This document shows positions 59,040-64,000 of a stretch of 64,000 nucleotides of DNA, in pieces. A program made the position numbers and the translations under genes. Position 1 is the first letter of the stretch, and the number at the start of each line of letters is the position of its first letter. The notes under the pieces are model-generated. The model worked only from the letters and a program-made list of their open reading frames with translations. It was not told where the DNA came from and ran no database searches. The stretch is from Thermodesulfobacteriota bacterium. GTDB taxonomy: Bacteria > Desulfobacterota > Desulfarculia > JACQYL01. The stretch spans positions 2,688,001 through 2,752,000 of the forward strand of contig CAXXLZ010000002.1 in NCBI GenBank assembly GCA_963675595.2. Direction: 5' to 3'.

Positions 59040-59966
59040 TCAGGACGAAAAGAGCTCCGTGCTCAAGTAACGTTCCCCTGTGCTGGGCAGGACCGTCGCC
59101 AGAGTTTTCCCCTCGTTTTCAGGCCGAGCGGCCACGCGTAACAGAGCCGCCACGGCGGCGCCGGATGAAATCCCACAGAGCAGCCCTTCTTCCCGGGCCA
59201 GTCTGCGTGCCGTTTCGAAGGCCTCCTCATTGCCCACGGTAACGACTTCGTCGATGATGCTCCTATTCAGAACGGCCGGCACGAAACCCGCCCCGATCCC
59301 CTGAATCTTATGCGGACCGGGCTTGCCCCCGGACAGTATCGGAGAATCTTCCGGCTCCACGGCAACGGCCCGGAATCCGGGTTTGCGCTCCTTCAGCACT
59401 TCGGCCACTCCGGTGATCGTACCCCCGGTGCCCACTCCGGCCACAAAGACGTCCAACTCGCCGCCCGTGTCCGCCCACAGTTCCTCCGCGGTAGTACGCC
59501 GGTGCGCCTCCGCGTTGGCGGGATTGGAAAACTGGTCCGGCATGTAGGCGTCAGGGTTCGACTCGAGAATCTCGCGAGCTTTGGCCACCGCGCCCTTCAT
59601 TCCCTCGGACGCCGGGGTCAGCACGAGGTCGGCTCCCAGGTGTTTCAGGAGCTTTCGCCGTTCGACACTCATGGAATCCGGCATGGTGAGCACCAACCGA
59701 ATCTTCTTGACGGCGCAGACAAAGGCGAGAGCGATTCCCGTGTTGCCGCTGGTGGGTTCCACGATCAGCGTATCCGATCGGATCAGGCCTTGCTCCAGGC
59801 CATGTTCGATCATGGACACACCGATCCTGTCCTTCACGCTGCCCAAAGGATTCTTGAATTCGATCTTGGCCAGCAGCACCGCCCGAATGCCTCGACTCAT
59901 TGAGTGCAGACGAACCAGAGGCGTCCTCCCCACGGCAAAGGAAACGTCTTTCAGAATCCTACCCAT
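59040..59966 (-). CDS. cysK: Cysteine synthase A
   Basis: [38 protein letters not shown]. Confidence 0.95.
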   Translation of the reverse strand: MGRILKDVSFAVGRTPLVRLHSMSRGIRAVLLAKIEFKNPLGSVKDRIGVSMIEHGLEQGLIRSDTLIVEPTSGNTGIALAFVCAVKKIRLVLTMPDSMSVERRKLLKHLGADLVLTPASEGMKGAVAKAREILESNPDAYMPDQFSNPANAEAHRRTTAEELWADTGGELDVFVAGVGTGGTITGVAEVLKERKPGFRAVAVEPEDSPILSGGKPGPHKIQGIGAGFVPAVLNRSIIDEVVTVGNEEAFETARRLAREEGLLCGISSGAAVAALLRVAARPENEGKTLATVLPSTGERYLSTELFSS

Positions 59967-59967
59967 T

Positions 59968-60954
59968 TCACGACCTCGTTTGGACCTTGACCGAAGATGA
60001 AACCGACGGACCTTTAAAAACCAGCTCAGGCTTGGCCACCGTGACTTTGGTATCCGGTGGAACGGATTCCGTAAGCCACACATTACCGCCCACCACCGAT
60101 CGAGCGCCGATTCGCGTGTCGCCCCCTAGGATGGTGGCTCCCGCGTAGATGATGACGTCGTCTTCAATGGTGGGGTGCCTTTTCTTATCCCGGTACAGGT
60201 CTCCCGCGTTCTTGGGCAAAGACAGCGCCCCCAGCGTCACTCCCTGGTACAGCCGCACACGGTCCCCGATTTCCGTGGTTTCCCCCACAACGACCCCGGT
60301 ACCGTGGTCGATGAAGAAACTCTGTCCGATGTGCGCCGCCGGATGGATGTCGATGCCTGTGAGGCTGTGCGCGTGTTCCGTCATAATCCGCGGAAGCAGA
60401 GGCACATCCAAATGGTACAACTCGTGAGCCGTCCGGTAGGCCGCAATGGCATACAACCCGGGATAACTGAAAATGATCTCGTCGACGCTCTTGGCCGCCG
60501 GGTCTCCTTCGTACCCAGCCCGCACATCGGTTCCCAGCACTCTGCGCAGCTCCGGAAGCTTGCGCAGAAACAGGATGGAACACTCCTTGGCTTTTTCCGA
60601 GCAATGAGTGCAAGCCAGATCATATCTCAGGCACTCGTGCCGGATGGCCAAAGCGGTCTGTTCGCAAAGTCGCTGGAACAACGCCGTGATTTTCTGGCCC
60701 AGATAGTACTCCAGGTTGATGGGGTCGATCCTGGCGGAGGTGAAATATCCCGGAAACAGCACCCTGAGAGTGGTCTCAAGAATTTCTATGATCGCGGCCT
60801 TGGTGGGAATGGGTTCCGGCCCCACATGATCATAGCAGTCGTCCAGACCGCACGAGTGCACCAGTTCCCGGACAATACCCGGGATTTCGGCGCGGACGTC
60901 GTCCGTGGCCGTCTGTTCCACCTTGCATGCGTCGGTCGAGGTTTCCCTCTTCAT
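59968..60954 (-). CDS. cysE: Serine O-acetyltransferase
   Basis: [40 protein letters not shown]. Confidence 0.93.
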   Translation of the reverse strand: MKRETSTDACKVEQTATDDVRAEIPGIVRELVHSCGLDDCYDHVGPEPIPTKAAIIEILETTLRVLFPGYFTSARIDPINLEYYLGQKITALFQRLCEQTALAIRHECLRYDLACTHCSEKAKECSILFLRKLPELRRVLGTDVRAGYEGDPAAKSVDEIIFSYPGLYAIAAYRTAHELYHLDVPLLPRIMTEHAHSLTGIDIHPAAHIGQSFFIDHGTGVVVGETTEIGDRVRLYQGVTLGALSLPKNAGDLYRDKKRHPTIEDDVIIYAGATILGGDTRIGARSVVGGNVWLTESVPPDTKVTVAKPELVFKGPSVSSSVKVQTRS

Positions 60955-61259
60955 ATGAAATCCCGATTTCGTGGTTTGGTGAACGATCACCCCTCGGCAT
61001 TCATTTGCGAAAGCCTTTCCGCATGAAACGTCGGGGATTCCTTGCGGAATTCTTTTTCATCTCCAGGCGTCGGAGCCCCGTCCCATCGCACTCGCGTCAC
61101 CCATTCCCGTGATTGAGGAACGGGCGGCCGGCTTCGAGAGTCACCCTCGGCTCATCACGACGGAACAACTTCGCCGATACCGTCCGAGTCTTCTCGCGAT
61201 TGATGCCCCTCGCTCCGCGGGACGCGCTATCACCACGTGCGGGAATTTTTCGGACCAAA

Positions 61260-61305
61260 GTGACGAGGGATGAAGCGCAACACCGCGGATCGCGTTTTTC
61301 AACAG
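61260..61305 (-). repeat. Half copy of the MITE-like repeat (copy 3)
   Basis: Reverse complement CTGTTGAAAAACGCGATCCGCGGTGTTGCGCTTCATCCCTCGTCAC matches the left arm of copy 2. Confidence 0.8.
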
Positions 61306-61336
61306 TCCGAGTATCGTGGGCTCATGGGGTAGTGGT

Positions 61337-61648
61337 CTAGTGCAGCGTTCGTCCCTTGGAATCCGATGCTCGGTCGCGGCTTCGAGGACGTCGCGAGGAG
61401 ATGTTGACGACCCGGGAGCCCTGTCCTCCCTGCACCCGGTGCGCCCGCCGGTAGGTGAACCAAGTGAGGAGTCCGGCGGCGGCGACTTGGAGGTAGCCGT
61501 AGTAGGAATGGAAAATCAGCTCGGGGGTGAAGAACACGGTCAGCGCCACGAGAGCGCCCAAATAGCCGAAAAACAAGGACACGGTGCGTTGGGTGCCCCA
61601 ATAGCCGTAGGTCACGCTGGTGCGCAACGGTCGTCTTTTCGCCTTCAT
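61337..61648 (-). CDS. Small two-TM membrane protein coupled to the radical SAM gene
   Basis: ATG overlaps the upstream TGA (ATGA); two hydrophobic segments. Confidence 0.6.
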   Translation of the reverse strand: MKAKRRPLRTSVTYGYWGTQRTVSLFFGYLGALVALTVFFTPELIFHSYYGYLQVAAAGLLTWFTYRRAHRVQGGQGSRVVNISSRRPRSRDRASDSKGRTLH

Positions 61649-63042
61649 GCTTCCGCCCCATCGGAAGGTTTCACGCAGTCAAAGAAGAACTGTCGCAAGG
61701 GATAATAGGGATCGGGAAAGTCGTCCATCTCCTCCCGAGAATAGAAGTTCTGTTTGTCCATCACTTCAGCCACGGACAGAAGCGCCTTGGTATCCCGGCC
61801 TCCGGTGTCGTCACGAGCGTCACAGCGCTCCACCAGATCGGCCAGCTCTCTTCCACATTCCTGCGCCAGACATCGTCTGTCACCCCTGCGATGGAAATCG
61901 AAAATGCCCTGGAGAAAAGGCGAGGTCTGCAGAATCCGGCGCAAGGGCGCATCTTTGATGTTTTCACTGCTGAAATGGACCTGGGCGCAGGGTTCGACCC
62001 ACCCCGAAGGTGTGATGTTCAGGGAAACCCCTGAAGAGGCCAGGCACCCCACCACTGCGTAATCATTGAACATGTCCGCGGATAAGACCGGATATTGCTC
62101 ACGAATTTCGTTCACGCGACGCCACAGGCGATACCTTTGATCTCCCGACAGGATGAGATCCGTTCTGGAGTAATCACCGTAGGGCTGAAACCAGAAATAC
62201 CACATGTACAGAACACCCTGATCAATCAATTCACGCACGAAGGCGTCGGAACAAACCGTGTCGATGTTCTTCGGAGTCACGGTGATGCCCACTCCGAAAG
62301 GAACCCCGTAGCGTCTGAGATTGCTCATGGCTCTCATGGCGTTCCGGTACGCGCCTTTTCCCCTGCGCCAGTCGGTTTCTTCCTCGAATCCTTCCAGGCT
62401 GATCATGGCCTGCACGTTGCCGGCGCGCTCCATATGTCGGGCCGTTTCCAGGCTGATGAGGCTTCCGTTGGTGTAAACCTGAAAATAGAAATCCGGGTAG
62501 TCGTAGAACATTCGGACGATGTCCGGGTAGATGAAGGGCTCTCCGCCGAGGAGCGTGTAATAGGTGCAGCCATATTCCCGGCCCTCGTCCAACAGCCGCT
62601 TCACCACGGCGTAGTCCAGCTCCTCATTCTTGGTCCAACCATCGGCGTAACAGCCTTTGCATCGATAATTACACCGGGTGGTCAGGCTGAGTTGAATCAA
62701 CGCGGGATAGCTCACGTTCCTCCGCAACCATTTCCGACGCGTGTTCCGCCCTCGCACAAGCCATAGGACCACCACATTCCAGAGGAATGTTCCAAACGGA
62801 TTCGGCCTCACCCGGCGAACCAATCTGCGAAGAAAGGTCAAGACCGGGGGGACGCCGGGACCGCGAACGGTGTCCGCCCAAAGGGCCATTCCTTTGCCCA
62901 GCCCGCCCGGCAGGATTTTGGAAAGGCTTCCGGCGCAAACAGCCTGGAGTCGTTGCGGCATGGCCAGAAAACCGCGTTCAACGGCATACAAAAGGTAGCT
63001 CCTCATTCGTCTGAAGAGCACGATGATTTCGTGGGTACGCAT
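61645..63042 (-). CDS. Radical SAM/SPASM-twitch protein
   Basis: CNYRCKGCYA, LLGGEPF, YTNGSLI, ISLEG, GCLASSG..NITPSGWVEPC; start reassigned to ATG 63042. Confidence 0.9.
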   Translation of the reverse strand: MRTHEIIVLFRRMRSYLLYAVERGFLAMPQRLQAVCAGSLSKILPGGLGKGMALWADTVRGPGVPPVLTFLRRLVRRVRPNPFGTFLWNVVVLWLVRGRNTRRKWLRRNVSYPALIQLSLTTRCNYRCKGCYADGWTKNEELDYAVVKRLLDEGREYGCTYYTLLGGEPFIYPDIVRMFYDYPDFYFQVYTNGSLISLETARHMERAGNVQAMISLEGFEEETDWRRGKGAYRNAMRAMSNLRRYGVPFGVGITVTPKNIDTVCSDAFVRELIDQGVLYMWYFWFQPYGDYSRTDLILSGDQRYRLWRRVNEIREQYPVLSADMFNDYAVVGCLASSGVSLNITPSGWVEPCAQVHFSSENIKDAPLRRILQTSPFLQGIFDFHRRGDRRCLAQECGRELADLVERCDARDDTGGRDTKALLSVAEVMDKQNFYSREEMDDFPDPYYPLRQFFFDCVKPSDGAEA

Positions 63043-63098
63043 ATTCTTGTAGGATATCCATTGCTCCGGCCGGAAAAAGCGTCGGGGCGTGAAAGAGT

Positions 63099-64000
63099 CT
63101 ACTGAAGCCAGTGGCCCAGGGTCAGGGCATTCATGCCCAGATGCTTTTCGGGGACGTTGTCCCTGATCCAATTCAACGTCCGCTTCTTGGCGAACATCCG
63201 AATCAGTGTTTCCTCTCCGATGTTCCCCATGCAATATTGCTTCTGATTGGCGATCAGGTGGACGTCGCCCAAGGGGTCCACTTCCATGCAGTGTTGCCTG
63301 AGATCGTAGAAGTTGCCCAGATTGGTGCTGTTGAATCCCCGCATGTAGTCCAGACAAACGGACCGGGCGCCGTGCACGGAGCCCTGGAAACGATATATCT
63401 GCCGCGTTACCTGGAGTTCCTGCTCCGGCGTGAGGGAGTACCGGTCGTCGAAACCCACATAGGGAGAATAGCAGTAGAAAGTTGCTCCCCGGTCGTACAC
63501 TTCGCGTTTGACGAAGTCGAGGTTCACCACTTCGTCGAAGTTGGCTCCGCTCACCGGGACGATCACGCCGAAAGGCTTCTTGTGGTCCTTCAGCAGGCGA
63601 ACGGCCCTGACGGCGTTCTCGTAGGCGTCGGCCCGCCGCATGCGGGCCATGGTTTCCGGTCCCCCTTCGATGGTGACGAAAAGCAAGAGATTTCTGAGGC
63701 GTGCGATCTCGTCGATGTGCTCCGGGACGAATTCGCCGTTGGTTCCGCTGATGAAGAAAAGCCGGGGGTGCTTTCGAGCCATGTCGAAAAAGTAAGGCCA
63801 CATGAGGGGTTCTCCCACGTACGATCCGATGAGGGGATACCCCAGGTGGGCGATCTCGTTCATATAACGGTCCGCATACTCGAAAGGCAGTATGTCCTCC
63901 ACGTTTTTCTTGAAATGAGACTTCTGCGGACAGATCCGGCAACGGTAGCTGCAACTGACCTGTATGGTCCAGCCCACGTGCAGGAAATAATCCAGGCCCA
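63099..64000 (-). CDS. Divergent radical SAM protein, 5' end beyond the window
   Basis: CSYRCRIC, VGEPL, GTNG, TIEG, EVDPLGDV; frame open to the window edge. Confidence 0.8.
   Translation of the reverse strand, partial: GLDYFLHVGWTIQVSCSYRCRICPQKSHFKKNVEDILPFEYADRYMNEIAHLGYPLIGSYVGEPLMWPYFFDMARKHPRLFFISGTNGEFVPEHIDEIARLRNLLLFVTIEGGPETMARMRRADAYENAVRAVRLLKDHKKPFGVIVPVSGANFDEVVNLDFVKREVYDRGATFYCYSPYVGFDDRYSLTPEQELQVTRQIYRFQGSVHGARSVCLDYMRGFNSTNLGNFYDLRQHCMEVDPLGDVHLIANQKQYCMGNIGEETLIRMFAKKRTLNWIRDNVPEKHLGMNALTLGHWLQ

Noticed and set aside
63043-63954. Apparent 769-aa radical SAM fusion or frameshift
   Set aside because: The first ~300 codons are an off-frame overlap of the upstream radical SAM gene, which has its own stop at 63099
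1-64000. CRISPR arrays, tRNA, rRNA
   Set aside because: No regularly spaced repeats or recognisable RNA gene signatures seen by eye; a covariance search was not possible

Overview
A GC-rich chromosomal segment of an anaerobic Desulfobacterota (deltaproteobacterium-like) organism; the taxon is inferred from gene content. From left to right: (1) an IS1634-type transposase disrupted by a second DDE IS with intact inverted repeats and an 8-bp target duplication; (2) a compact three-gene unit made of a [NiFe]-hydrogenase large subunit with no cleavable C-terminal extension, a Tat-exported small subunit and a translationally coupled chemoreceptor (MCP) with a periplasmic CxxCH heme site. This is a candidate periplasmic H2/redox-sensing chemotaxis system and the most novel-looking feature; (3) a MaoC-fold gene ending in UGA-AUG-UGC-UGA plus a SECIS-like hairpin (candidate selenoprotein); (4) housekeeping genes (nfo, pgeF, pyrK-pyrD, xerD, tRNA nucleotidyltransferase, serC); (5) a Pho regulon (EAL-CBS-GGDEF gene, pstSCA-phoBR-pstB-phoU, porin) with visible Pho boxes; (6) an ~18 kb co-oriented Rrf2-headed O2/redox-defence and Fe-S/metal cluster (rbr, tpx, dfx, ferritin, rubredoxins, octaheme cytochrome, NifU, an IscS lacking the PLP lysine, CopZ, FixL-like kinase, fprA) ending in the mercury methylation genes hgcAB, convergent with cysE-cysK; (7) tandem radical SAM genes at the right edge. 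Three copies of a palindromic MITE-like repeat are present. No rRNA, tRNA or CRISPR array was recognised. All calls come from reading sequence motifs; no database search was run.
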